Below, in pieces: positions 18,267 to 27,873 of a stretch of 64,000 nucleotides of DNA; the stretch's first letter is position 1, and every line of letters starts with the position of its first letter. The DNA lies in assembly GCA_965223845.1 (NCBI GenBank), contig CBDCXR010000004.1, forward strand, positions 2,912,001 to 2,976,000, read 5' to 3'. The notes beneath the pieces were generated by a model. The model saw nothing but the letters and a program-made list of their open reading frames with translations. It ran no database searches and was not told the origin of the DNA. Origin of the DNA: Planctomycetota bacterium. GTDB taxonomy: Bacteria; Planctomycetota; UBA8108; SXIK01. The position numbers were made by a program, and so were the translations under genes.

Positions 18267-18722
18267 CTACTTATGGGGCCGGTGACAGCCGCCACAGCTC
18301 TTGCGGACGACTCCGGCCTGCGCCTTCGCGGCCGATTTCTTCTTCGACTTGATCGCGGCCGCCAGCTTCGTGAGGTTTTCCGTGTACTTCTTACACTGAG
18401 CCTTCCACGAGGCGACTTCACCCTTCCGCGGCTTCGACTTCGTCATCTCTTTCGAGAGAAAGAGCATCACGTTCGCCTGCGCGAGCGCTCGCTCCCAGGC
18501 TTCGTCGTCGGGTTCCTCGAGGAGGGCCTGCGTCCCGGCGAAGAGACCCGCCTTCCCTTTATTGACGACGACCATGACATCGTGAGCGGTCAGAGTCGGC
18601 TCGGCGGCGGCCGCCGTTCCCCCGGCGGTACTCGTCCATGCGGATTCGACGAATACAGCGGCGAGGGCGATCACCGCTACGATCGGCGCGGCTGCGAACC
18701 AGCTCTTCGAACATCTGCTCAT
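18267..18722 (-). CDS. Small exported c-type cytochrome (class II / cytochrome c'-like)
   Basis: Signal peptide, helical body, single CGGCH heme motif at the extreme C-terminus. RBS GGGAG before ATG 18722. Confidence 0.75.
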   Translation of the reverse strand: MSRCSKSWFAAAPIVAVIALAAVFVESAWTSTAGGTAAAAEPTLTAHDVMVVVNKGKAGLFAGTQALLEEPDDEAWERALAQANVMLFLSKEMTKSKPRKGEVASWKAQCKKYTENLTKLAAAIKSKKKSAAKAQAGVVRKSCGGCHRPHK

Positions 18723-18887
18723 GAAGTCTCTCCCTAGCGTTTTCGCGTCCCTCGATGCATCGCCATCCGGCCGTTCCGACGCGGAACGGGCCGCGGTGGT
18801 TCTGTTTCGACCCAATCCGGCCCCACCCATCCTACACAAACTTCACGGTTCGCGTAGCGAACGGCGGGCGGAACCGGGTGCGAATCG

Positions 18888-20342
18888 TCATGATTCGCCG
18901 AGGCGCGCATCCGAGGGCGGTGTCCGAACGACCATGAGTCGCACTTCGGTCATGTCTTCCATCGCCCAGCGCACGCCCTCGCGACCGAGTCCGCTATCCT
19001 TCACCCCGCCGTAGGGCATCGCATCCGCGCGCCAGGAAGGAACGTCGCCGATGACGACTCCGCCGACGTCGAGTCGATCCCAAGCGCGGTGGGCGCGGTA
19101 CAGATCTCGCGTGAAGACTCCGGTCTGAAGTCCGAAGGTGCTGTCGTTCACCTCCGCGAGCGCGGCATCGAAGTCGCGGAACGAGGAGAGCACGGCGACC
19201 GGTCCGAACGCCTCGGCGGTACAGATTTTCTGATCGCGCGGCACGTTCTCGAGCAGCGTCGCCTCGAGCATGGCGCCCTCTCTCACACCACCGCAGAGTA
19301 CCGTTCCACCGGCGCCCTCGGCCGCGCGGATCCACTCCTCGAGGCGAGTCGCCTCGCGCTCCGAGATGAGAGGACCGATGAACGTTTCGGGGTCCTTCGG
19401 GTCGCCCATCCTGAGTTTCTTCGTGGCCGCGACGAGCCGGGCTCTCAGATCCCCGTAGATCCGTTCGTGCGCGAGGATGCGCTGAACGCCGATGCAGCTC
19501 TGTCCGGACTGGTAGAACGCGCCAAAGACGATCCGATCGACCGCGTCGCTGAGGTCGGTGTCCTCGTCGACGATGCAGGCCGCGTTTCCACCGAGCTCGA
19601 GGACGACTTTTTTTCGCCCGGCTTTCGCCTTCAATTCCCAGCCGACCGACGGTGACCCAGTGAAACTGAGGAGCTTGAGTCGCTCGTCCTCGGTGAAGAG
19701 ACGCGCTCCGCCTCGACGGCACGGAAGAATCGAGAACGCCCCTGGTGGGAGGTCCGTCTCGGCAAGGATCTCACCGATGATGAGCGCGCCGAGCGGAGTC
19801 GCGCTCGCCGGCTTGAGCACGAACGGGCAGCCGACCGCCAGAGCCGGCGCGATCTTGTGCGCGGCGAGATTGAGGGGGAAATTGAACGGGGAGATGAACG
19901 AACAGGGCCCCACCGGCACGCGCTTCCAGAGTCCGATGTACCCCTCCGTACGCGGAGTACGATCGAGGGGAAGCACCTCGCCCACAATCCGGACCGACTC
20001 TTCGGCGGCGATGCGAAAGGTATCGATCAGGCGGCCGACTTCTCCGCGGCTGTCCTTGATCGGCTTACCCGCCTCGATGCAGAGTGTGACCGCGAGCTCC
20101 TCGGAGCGCTCCTCGAAGCGGCGCACGCAGTGTTCGAGGGCCGACTGACGACGATGCGCCGGAAGGCGTGCCATCGGTTCGGACGCGTCGACCGCGAGTG
20201 CAATCGCCCGATCGATCGCGGCTTCGTCGGCGAGCGCGACGCGAGTCGCGAGACGCCCCGAGTACTTGTCGATCACCTCGAGGTCGCGATTCGGGGAGCA
20301 GGCCTCGCCTCCCAGGTAGTAGGGATAAGATTCGCGGAGCAT
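18888..20342 (-). CDS. NAD(P)-dependent aldehyde dehydrogenase
   Basis: ISPFNFP, LKPAS, SFTGS, LELGGN, SGQSCIG (catalytic Cys), EAFGPV, PYGGVKDSGLGREG. Confidence 0.95.
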   Translation of the reverse strand: MLRESYPYYLGGEACSPNRDLEVIDKYSGRLATRVALADEAAIDRAIALAVDASEPMARLPAHRRQSALEHCVRRFEERSEELAVTLCIEAGKPIKDSRGEVGRLIDTFRIAAEESVRIVGEVLPLDRTPRTEGYIGLWKRVPVGPCSFISPFNFPLNLAAHKIAPALAVGCPFVLKPASATPLGALIIGEILAETDLPPGAFSILPCRRGGARLFTEDERLKLLSFTGSPSVGWELKAKAGRKKVVLELGGNAACIVDEDTDLSDAVDRIVFGAFYQSGQSCIGVQRILAHERIYGDLRARLVAATKKLRMGDPKDPETFIGPLISEREATRLEEWIRAAEGAGGTVLCGGVREGAMLEATLLENVPRDQKICTAEAFGPVAVLSSFRDFDAALAEVNDSTFGLQTGVFTRDLYRAHRAWDRLDVGGVVIGDVPSWRADAMPYGGVKDSGLGREGVRWAMEDMTEVRLMVVRTPPSDARLGES

Positions 20343-20365
20343 CAGTTTCTCCTGGCGAGCTCAGC

Positions 20366-21124
20366 TCAAAGCGTGACCGAAAAACGAGAGAGGCGCTGCT
20401 GCTTCCCGTAGTTGCCGGTGACGTCCACCATATCGCCGTGATGTCCCTTGCCGTACCGCCGGAGCCATTCCTGCGTGCGGTAGAAGTAGGCCTCGAACTC
20501 CGTCGGGCTCATTTCGCGCGCAGCGTAGTCTGCCCGCTGAACCGTGAAGATCCGACACAGCGGGTCCCCGGCCGAGATCCGGACGTGATCGCGACCGGCG
20601 TCGAGTTCGATCACGCAGTGCCAAGGATAGGACGCGGGATACCAGTCAGTATCGACGAGCGCGGAGATCACGCGGAACGGTCGCGAAAGATTGGGAATGT
20701 CCGCAAAGAAGAGAAGCTCGTTGTCGCCGGTCGCAAGAAAGAGATACGTCGAGATCTTGACCTGATTTCGGATCTCTTCGTAGACCTCGGGCGAAATCGC
20801 GTGCGGCAAGGTTTGGTCCTTGTCCCAGAACCAGGCGTTGCGCTGAACGAGCGGAGCTCCTTCGCCGTCGTCCGTCTCGGCCTCGGGCGCTGCGTACGCC
20901 CAATCGCTTTCGAGGTCGACTGGCGACTCGATGCGCCACCCCCCGTCGGAGCTCCGGTGGAAGTCCATGTCGAACGCCGCCGAGACGTCCCAGCCAAACG
21001 CGTTCGCCGCGCGCACGGGCGGACACTCCTCGGGCCAGCCGCGGCCGGGACCACGCTTCTCGTAGACCGCACGCGCCGGAGTCGGCGCGGGGACTTCGGC
21101 CGAAAATCGATAAAACCTGAGCAT
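20366..21124 (-). CDS. DUF6065-like hypothetical protein
   Basis: CPPVRAANAFGWDV and ALVDTDWYP...GDPLCRI motifs resemble DUF6065. Ends 23 nt before the ALDH start. Confidence 0.55.
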   Translation of the reverse strand: MLRFYRFSAEVPAPTPARAVYEKRGPGRGWPEECPPVRAANAFGWDVSAAFDMDFHRSSDGGWRIESPVDLESDWAYAAPEAETDDGEGAPLVQRNAWFWDKDQTLPHAISPEVYEEIRNQVKISTYLFLATGDNELLFFADIPNLSRPFRVISALVDTDWYPASYPWHCVIELDAGRDHVRISAGDPLCRIFTVQRADYAAREMSPTEFEAYFYRTQEWLRRYGKGHHGDMVDVTGNYGKQQRLSRFSVTL

Positions 21125-21233
21125 GTCAACCGGGCTCCTCCCGGAGCGACTCTAACCCGGAGCTCTCACCAGATTCCACTCCGGCGGCCCACCCGCGCGC
21201 TCGCCTGAACGTCTCGCCGCACGCCGCCGGGAT

Positions 21234-22613
21234 TCATTCGACGCGCCACCACCCGACCTTCAGATACTGGCTCTCGGGGCAGTTCGCCATCACCGGATGA
21301 TCGGCGCCCGCACCGGAAGATCCGAGCGATTGCAGCCGTCGATTCTCCCGGTGCGCCGCTCCGATCACGAGCTGCTCGAAGCGATCGGCGTCGAGCGCTC
21401 CCGAGCAGGAACACGTGACGAAGAGACCGCCCGGCGCGGTGACCGAGAGGGCGAGCCGATTGAGATCACGGTAGCGCTTCGCCCCCTCCTCGATCTCGCT
21501 TCGTCCCGCGATGAACTTCGGCGGATCGACCACGACGGTCTCGAACGTCCGCCCGTTCCGCTGCATCTGACGGAGGTAAGAAAATGCGTCCGAGTGCACC
21601 CATTTCGCTCGCACCTGATTGAGATTCGCGTTGTGTCGCGCCTGGTCGATGGCGAGCTCGTCGAGATCGACTCCGACGACCTCGCGGGCGCCGCCATGCA
21701 CGAGGGCGGAGATAGCGAACCCACCGGTGTAGCAGCACACGTCGAGCACGCTCCGCCCGCGCGCGAGCTCGGCGAAGCGGCGCCGATTCTCGCGTTGATC
21801 GCAAAAGAACCCGGTCTTGTGACCGCGCTCGAAATCGACCGCGAAACGGACGCCGTGCTCGCGGATCCGGAGCGCACGAACCGTCGGCGCGACGGGCGCG
21901 GGATCGAATCCCTCGCGGGATCGTACCTTGGCGTCGACGTGGACGAAGTGACGCGTCGTGCCGAGCTTCGCGTGGAGAAACGGCATCCACTCCTCGACGC
22001 GCCGGTGGACACCGAGGCTGAAGACCTCGACGCTGAGGAGATCCGCGAATCGATCGACGACGAGCCCGCTGAGGCCGTCGCCTTCAGAATGGACGACGCG
22101 ATAGGCGTCGGTGACTTCATCGAGCTTGAGGAGGTCGCGACGGAGCGCAGCGGCTCTCGCAAGAACGTTGCGAAAAAACGCGGTGTCGACCGGGGACTCG
22201 CCGAGCGCGAGCATCCGCAGTCGAATCTCCGAACGCGGGTTGTAGAACGCCGAGCCGAACCGCTCACCCGAGCGCCCGTAGACGTTCACGATGTCCCCAG
22301 GGGCCGCTCCTGGAGACACGCGCCCCACCATTCGTCGATAGACGAACGGATGGTAGGTGTGAGCGCGCAGCTGGACCCAGGGCTCGATCCACTCCGGGCG
22401 CGGATCGGCCGGGGCCGGCGGTGAGGGCGCATCGGCGGTGCGCCGCGCCGCGCTGCGACGGATGCGCGGCTCGAACCGCGACTCACGGTCGATCGGACGA
22501 CGCGGACGGTCGCCGGGACGCGCGGCGTGCGGACGCGATCGGCGGTCCTCGGTTCGCGATCCGCCTCGCGCGGGTCGCCGTCTCTCGGGTTGGTGCTGCG
22601 GACTGTCCGTCAC
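21234..22613 (-). CDS. rlmI: RlmI-like class I SAM-dependent rRNA methyltransferase
   Basis: PUA-like HPFVY, YRVVHSEGDGLSGLVVDRF, GHKTGFFCDQRENR, VLDVCCYTGGF, VDPPKF, TCSCS. Start uncertain (Arg-rich N-terminal extension). Confidence 0.8.
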   Translation of the reverse strand: MTDSPQHQPERRRPARGGSRTEDRRSRPHAARPGDRPRRPIDRESRFEPRIRRSAARRTADAPSPPAPADPRPEWIEPWVQLRAHTYHPFVYRRMVGRVSPGAAPGDIVNVYGRSGERFGSAFYNPRSEIRLRMLALGESPVDTAFFRNVLARAAALRRDLLKLDEVTDAYRVVHSEGDGLSGLVVDRFADLLSVEVFSLGVHRRVEEWMPFLHAKLGTTRHFVHVDAKVRSREGFDPAPVAPTVRALRIREHGVRFAVDFERGHKTGFFCDQRENRRRFAELARGRSVLDVCCYTGGFAISALVHGGAREVVGVDLDELAIDQARHNANLNQVRAKWVHSDAFSYLRQMQRNGRTFETVVVDPPKFIAGRSEIEEGAKRYRDLNRLALSVTAPGGLFVTCSCSGALDADRFEQLVIGAAHRENRRLQSLGSSGAGADHPVMANCPESQYLKVGWWRVE

Positions 22614-22640
22614 CGCGGCCGTCTCTCTCGAACTCCCACC

Positions 22641-22731
22641 AAAAAAACAGGAGGCAGCACCGTCGACCCACGTTCCGACGTCGCGGTGCTACCTCCCGGG
22701 AGAATTCGCTTCTCCCTTCTCTCTTTCTATC
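22641..22731 (-). ncRNA. Candidate small RNA or leader with two hairpins and an intrinsic terminator
   Basis: Purine-rich 5' tract, hairpin GGGAGAA-GCGAA-TTCTCCC, then long stem GGAGGTAGCACCG...CGGTGCTGCCTCC followed by TGTTTTTTT. Confidence 0.4.
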
Positions 22732-22824
22732 AGAAGCCAACGTACCGCGTCTCGGCGATCCGCAAAAGAAGCGTTTTCCACGGTTTCTCGCTGCGATCTC
22801 CGCGCGGTGGCAAACATGAGGCGA

Positions 22825-23889
22825 TCAAGTCCGCGACGCCGTCTCGAAACTAAGGGCGTCCCGGAGAATCTCGAGCACCGACTCGACCCACACTTCCGAG
22901 CTGTTCAGCGAAGGCACGAGTCGCAGCTCCTCGCCGCCGGCCGCGAGAAAGTCCTCTCGCGCTCGCATCTCGAGCTCCTCGAGAGTCTCGAGGCAGTCGG
23001 CTGTGAACGCGGGCGAGAGCACCGCGACCTTCTTCACCCCTTCGCGCGGCATCGCAGTGATCCGCTCGTCGGTGTACGGCCGAATCCAAGGATCCCGTCC
23101 GAGTCGAGACTGAAACGCGACCTCCCAAGCATCATCCGCGAGTTCGAGCGCGGCGGCGAGCGCGCGCGACGTGGCAAAACACTGCGCGCGGTAACAGTTC
23201 CGATTCGCCTGAACGAGCGCCTCGCAGCAATCCGCCCGCTGGAGGCAGTGCCGGCCGCCCGTCGCGTCGCTCTTCGTGCAGTGACGTTCGGGAAGCCCGT
23301 GGTAGCTGAGGAGGATCCGATCGGGACGAGCCTCCTCGATCACGGGGCGAGCGATCGCTGCGAACGCGCGAATGAACGCGGGGTGATCGTAGTACGGCGG
23401 AACGACGCTGAGGGCCGGAACGTCCCACGCCGCGCGGGCTTGGTTCCAAAGGTGCTCGACCGCCGATCCCCAGGCCGAGGATGAGTTGTGCGGAAAGAGC
23501 GGAAACACCGCGATTCGGTCGATCCCCGCCTCGCGCAGGCGCGCGAGCGCCGACCCGATCGACGGGTTTTGGTAGCGCATCCCAAGCTCGACCGGAATGT
23601 CGGGACCGAGGCGCTCGCGAAGCTTCGCGCAGAGATCGAGGCCGTGAAAGAGGAGGGGAGAGCCGCGTTCGGTCCAGACCTTCGAGTACGCCTCCGCCGA
23701 CGCCCGCGGGCGGAAGGGAAGGATAAATAGGTTCAGGATGAGCGCGCGCTTGACCGCCCCGATGTCGAGCACGCGAGGGTCGGAGAGAAACTCGCGCAGG
23801 TAGCGCCGGACCTCGGGCACGCGCGGCGCGTCCGGGGTCCCGAGATTGATGACGAGGAGTCCCCAGCGATCGGTCGCCCGTCCGTCCAC
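22825..23889 (-). CDS. hemH: Ferrochelatase
   Basis: GLLVINLGTPDAP...VRRYLREFLSDPRV, GSPL, GMRYQNPSI, LSYHGLP, FQSRLG..PWIRPYT, FTADCLETLEEL. Start GTG ~23889 is uncertain. Confidence 0.95.
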   Translation of the reverse strand: MDGRATDRWGLLVINLGTPDAPRVPEVRRYLREFLSDPRVLDIGAVKRALILNLFILPFRPRASAEAYSKVWTERGSPLLFHGLDLCAKLRERLGPDIPVELGMRYQNPSIGSALARLREAGIDRIAVFPLFPHNSSSAWGSAVEHLWNQARAAWDVPALSVVPPYYDHPAFIRAFAAIARPVIEEARPDRILLSYHGLPERHCTKSDATGGRHCLQRADCCEALVQANRNCYRAQCFATSRALAAALELADDAWEVAFQSRLGRDPWIRPYTDERITAMPREGVKKVAVLSPAFTADCLETLEELEMRAREDFLAAGGEELRLVPSLNSSEVWVESVLEILRDALSFETASRT

Positions 23890-24121
23890 TCTGTCTTGCC
23901 GAAGCCTCTTCCTGCGACTCTCGCGACCGGGACCCGGTTCGTTCGACGCCGTCGGCCGGGTCGCCGCGGGCCGCGATCCTACCAGGATCGTTCCGGAAGG
24001 GGTAGCTCGCCCGGCGGACGAGGTCTCCCGTTCTCGAGTGAGCCGATTTCGGGTCGACCGCGCCGTAACAAATCGCGACGCTCGCTGGAGAAGTGCGCCG
24101 AACGGGGTAAGATCGGCGCGC

Positions 24122-25084
24122 ATGAAAACGGTGATCATCGGGGCTCGTCGGCGCCGGCAGGGTACCGGCCCGTTCGTCGCTCGGGCGTTCGCGGCCGCCG
24201 GAGCGGAGGTGACGGCGGTCGTCGGTTCGACTTCCGCCAACGCCAGGACGGCCGCGCAAGAGCTCGAGAAGGACGCGGGGATCCGCGCGCGCAGCTACGG
24301 CGATGTCGAGGCGGCGCTGGCCGCCGAGCGGCCGGACGCTGTCGCCGTTTGCTCGCCTCTCGAACTTCACGCCGCCCACCTCGAAAATGCCCTAACCCAC
24401 TCCTGTCACTGCCTTTGCGAAAAACCCCTCCAGTGGTTCGACGGAGGAGATCTTCTCTCGAGGACCCGCAGCGTGGTCTCGGGATTCAGGAGCGCGGGGC
24501 TCCACCTAGACGTCCTCACGCAGTGGCCGTATACTCTTCCCGCCTTCGACGAGCTCTATCCCGGCGCGAGGAGCGAAAAGCTCGCGAGCTTCGCGATGCA
24601 CCTCGGGCCGATCACGAGCGGAGCGGCGATGGTGATCGACGCTGCGCCCCACCCGCTCAGCCTTCTCTACGCCCTCGCGGGAGGCGGAACGATTGTGGAC
24701 ACCGACGCGAAATATTTGGATGAAGCAAAATCGGAATTGTGTTTAGATTTTCGCTACTCATACGCTGACGGCGAGGCGGATGTGCGACTCCGCTGCACGA
24801 CGACGGCCCAGCCGCCCCGACCTGCCTCGTACGCCATAAACGGCCGCCCGGTCGAGCGCCGCATCCGGCTCCCGGAGTACGCGATCGAGCTCGAGGCCGC
24901 CGGACGACGAGTCGACGTCAGTGACCCGCTTTTCGGTTTGGTCCGCGATTTCGTGAAGAATGTGGAGACGAGCGCCCCGGTCGACGAGGATCGGCTGGTC
25001 AGTGGCGTCGGGGGGCTCGGAGTTCTTTACGAGGCGGCCCGGAAGGCGGAATCACGGAGAATCGAAGCCGAAGAGAACAGGTAG
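24122..25084 (+). CDS. Gfo/Idh/MocA family oxidoreductase
   Basis: Rossmann-like N-terminus, DAVAVCSP...H, HCLCEKPL motif. Confidence 0.75.
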   Translation: MKTVIIGARRRRQGTGPFVARAFAAAGAEVTAVVGSTSANARTAAQELEKDAGIRARSYGDVEAALAAERPDAVAVCSPLELHAAHLENALTHSCHCLCEKPLQWFDGGDLLSRTRSVVSGFRSAGLHLDVLTQWPYTLPAFDELYPGARSEKLASFAMHLGPITSGAAMVIDAAPHPLSLLYALAGGGTIVDTDAKYLDEAKSELCLDFRYSYADGEADVRLRCTTTAQPPRPASYAINGRPVERRIRLPEYAIELEAAGRRVDVSDPLFGLVRDFVKNVETSAPVDEDRLVSGVGGLGVLYEAARKAESRRIEAEENR

Positions 25085-25183
25085 CGTCGTTCCCTCTGGT
25101 GGACGGATCGCGGGACCTTCGAAGCACGAGGCCCCGCGGTGCGGGTTCGACCGCGGCGCGGCGATTGAGGACGTAGTTCATCC

Positions 25184-26572
25184 ATGAGCAAGATCATCCC
25201 GGTCAAGGTGCTCAACTCGGGCGGCGATCCCGGCGACGACCAGAGCCCCGACGCGGCGGCAAACGGCGCCGCCGACGGCCCCCAGCCCGTCTCACCGACG
25301 GGCGGAGAGCGGCACGTCGAGCTGTCGAGGATCCACGATTTCGCGAGCAAGCTCCTCCAGCCCGAGATCTTCCCGCGCGTGCGCGAGTACGTCCGCTGGC
25401 AGGCGCGTATGCGCGGTGCCGACCTCGGAGGCGACGCGACGATTCGCGACGAGAAGAGCGTCGCCCGCGTTCCGGAGTTCGCGCCGGTGTCGATCAACCT
25501 CGACATCACGACCGCGTGCAACTACGCGTGCGACCACTGCGTCGACATGGACATCCTCAACCAGCCCATCAAGTACGACCACCAGAAGCTGCTCGACAGC
25601 CTCGAGCTGATGGCGGGGAAAGGGCTGCGGTCGGTAATCGTCATCGGCGGCGGCGAGCCGACGGTCTACCCGAAGTTCGGCGAAACCATCCGGTTCATGA
25701 AGGCGCTCGGCCTACAGATCGCCGTCGTTTCCAACGGCTCCGGGATGAAGAAGATCGCGGAGGTCGCCGACTGCCTCGACGAAGCGGACTGGATCCGGCT
25801 CTCACTCGACAGCGCGAGCGACGACGTCTTCCAGCGAATGCACAAGCCGAAGCGTCCGATCTCGCTCGACGAAATCTGCGAAGGCGTCGCGGAGATCAAG
25901 CAGTCCCCGACGCGCTTCCAAATCGGCTTCTCGTTCATCATCACGTGGAAGGGCGCGTTCATCAACGATACGAACATCGTCGAGAACATCGGTGAGATCG
26001 TCGAAGGTGCCGAGCGCGCGCGTCGGTACAAGTTCGATTACATCTCCTACAAGCCCTTTCTCACGCGGGCGCCGAGCAACAACGCCGAAATCGTCGATCT
26101 CACCGAGGCGAAGCACACGAACTTCGACGCGATCGTCGCGCGCATTCGCGCGTCCGTCGACGAGGCGAAAAAACGCGAAACGGACGAGTTCAGCGTCTAC
26201 GAGGCGACGAACCTGAAAGTTCTCGAGAATCGAAGCTACCGGAATTACACGGAGCAGCCGCACAACTGCCACATGCAGTTCTTCCGCCAGGTGCTGAGCC
26301 CGCTCGGCATGTACAACTGCCCGGTCTACCGGAACCAAGGCCACGGCTTCCTCGGAACGAAGGAAGCCTACGCCGACCCACCGACTTTCGACGACACACG
26401 CGCGAAGACGGCGGGCCTCATCGGCTCGTTCGACGCGACGCACGAATGTAGCGAAGTGACGTGCCTCTACAATCACGTCAACTGGTGGTTGGAGGACCTC
26501 GTGCGGAACCCGGAAAAGCTCGACGGGATCGAGCCCTCACCCGTCGGCTCCCTCCCGGACTATTTCCTGTAG
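25184..26572 (+). CDS. Radical SAM enzyme with C-terminal SPASM/twitch-like Cys region
   Basis: CNYACDHC (CxxxCxxC), GGGEPT, VSNG, IRLSLDS; C-terminal C...YNCP...ECSEVTC. Confidence 0.9.
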   Translation: MSKIIPVKVLNSGGDPGDDQSPDAAANGAADGPQPVSPTGGERHVELSRIHDFASKLLQPEIFPRVREYVRWQARMRGADLGGDATIRDEKSVARVPEFAPVSINLDITTACNYACDHCVDMDILNQPIKYDHQKLLDSLELMAGKGLRSVIVIGGGEPTVYPKFGETIRFMKALGLQIAVVSNGSGMKKIAEVADCLDEADWIRLSLDSASDDVFQRMHKPKRPISLDEICEGVAEIKQSPTRFQIGFSFIITWKGAFINDTNIVENIGEIVEGAERARRYKFDYISYKPFLTRAPSNNAEIVDLTEAKHTNFDAIVARIRASVDEAKKRETDEFSVYEATNLKVLENRSYRNYTEQPHNCHMQFFRQVLSPLGMYNCPVYRNQGHGFLGTKEAYADPPTFDDTRAKTAGLIGSFDATHECSEVTCLYNHVNWWLEDLVRNPEKLDGIEPSPVGSLPDYFL

Positions 26573-26605
26573 GCGCTGGGTTTTCGCCGGCAGACGCGGG
26601 ACGCG

Positions 26606-27133
26606 CTACGAGAGCAGCGGCGAGTTCTGCAGCTCGCGGAGCATGTCGGTCGTCGAGTGGTCCTTCGGATCGCCCACGATGGCGACGCGCCCGCCGTAGC
26701 CTTCGACCACCACGCGCTCGGGAATCCTCTCGAGGGTGTAGTCCGTCCCCTTCGTGTGGACGTCCGGTCGGAGCACTCCGAGAATCTCCGCCGGAGTTCG
26801 CTCGTCGAGAGGCACCACGTAATCGACGCATTCGAGCGCGGCTAGGATCTCGTAGCGCTCGACGTCCGGATTCACGGGACGACGGTTCGGCTTGATCGCT
26901 CGCATAGACTCGTCGGTATTCACCGCGAGCACGAGGCGGTCGCCCAGCGCGCGCGCGGCCGTGAGGTAGCGGATGTGGCCGACGTGAAGGAGCTCGAAGC
27001 ATCCGTTCGCGAACACGATGACCTCATCTCGAGCGCGGTGCTCGTCGAGTCGGGCGGCGAGCGCGTGCCGGTCGAGGAAGATCTTCCCTCGCACCGCCGG
27101 CGCCACCGAAGAGAGAAACGTCTTCGGGTCCAT
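26606..27133 (-). CDS. RfaE domain II-like cytidylyl/adenylyltransferase
   Basis: [33 protein letters not shown] motifs. TATAAT upstream at 27220-27215. Confidence 0.88.
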   Translation of the reverse strand: MDPKTFLSSVAPAVRGKIFLDRHALAARLDEHRARDEVIVFANGCFELLHVGHIRYLTAARALGDRLVLAVNTDESMRAIKPNRRPVNPDVERYEILAALECVDYVVPLDERTPAEILGVLRPDVHTKGTDYTLERIPERVVVEGYGGRVAIVGDPKDHSTTDMLRELQNSPLLS

Positions 27134-27799
27134 CGTTCTCCGGGGTCCCTCCTGCTTCACTTCCGGTCAGTTCACCGCGGCTGAGCCGCCGCCCGGCACG
27201 GCCGGGGCGAGCGCATTATAGCTCGAGTCGAGCCGCGCATCAGCGCGGCCAAGGCGCGAGGAGGGGACGGCTTGGGCTGCGAATGGCCGGTGGTCTCGGG
27301 CAGGGCATCGCCCCCCGGATCGCCCGGCCGTTCGACCTCCCCCAGCGAAAACTCCCTCACAGACGTCACACCCGTTCAGAGAATGCGACGCGATCTCGGG
27401 CTTCAGGTCGCTCGCCCCCTCGGCGCGAGCGACGTCGAGTATAGGCGGCCGAGGGATGGACGGTCAAACGGAGCGGCCGGACGGGGCCTTTGCGCCTTCT
27501 ATCACAGCGCGAAAATCACGCGAAACAGAGAGACCGACTGCACCGAACGAGGTACCATGGATCCTGGCCCGAAGTGTGGATCGAGGGTGTTTTAAGGAGC
27601 GGGCGGCCACGCGCGGTCGTTCGATCGGGTCCCACGGTACGCTCGTACCGAGCCAAGGCGCTCGCGGCGAGCCGGGTAATGATCGTCGACTTTCGTGTAC
27701 TCGCACGCGCGACGCCCCTTTCTAGTTCGACCGATTCGTATCGGATCGAACGGGCGCGCGGGCGCGTCCATCGGACGGAGCGAGTCGCCTCGGACCGAC

Positions 27800-27859
27800 G
27801 ACGGCAGGAACGTCGACGGCGGGAATGTCGACGGCAAGGACTCAGACGGACGGAATTCG
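27800..27859 (+). repeat. Four imperfect 15-bp tandem repeats upstream of the cotH-like gene
   Basis: GACGGCAGGAACGTC / GACGGCGGGAATGTC / GACGGCAAGGACTCA / GACGGACGGAATTCG, directly before RBS GGGAGG (27862-27867). Confidence 0.65.
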
Positions 27860-27873
27860 CCGGGAGGTTTAGT

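Noticed and set aside
23846-24240. Apparent head-to-head overlap of hemH and the Gfo/Idh/MocA ORF
   Set aside because: Artefact of longest-ORF starts; plausible starts (~23889 and 24122) leave an ordinary divergent intergenic region.
27800-27859. CRISPR array
   Set aside because: Units are 15 bp, contiguous and without spacers; no cas genes.
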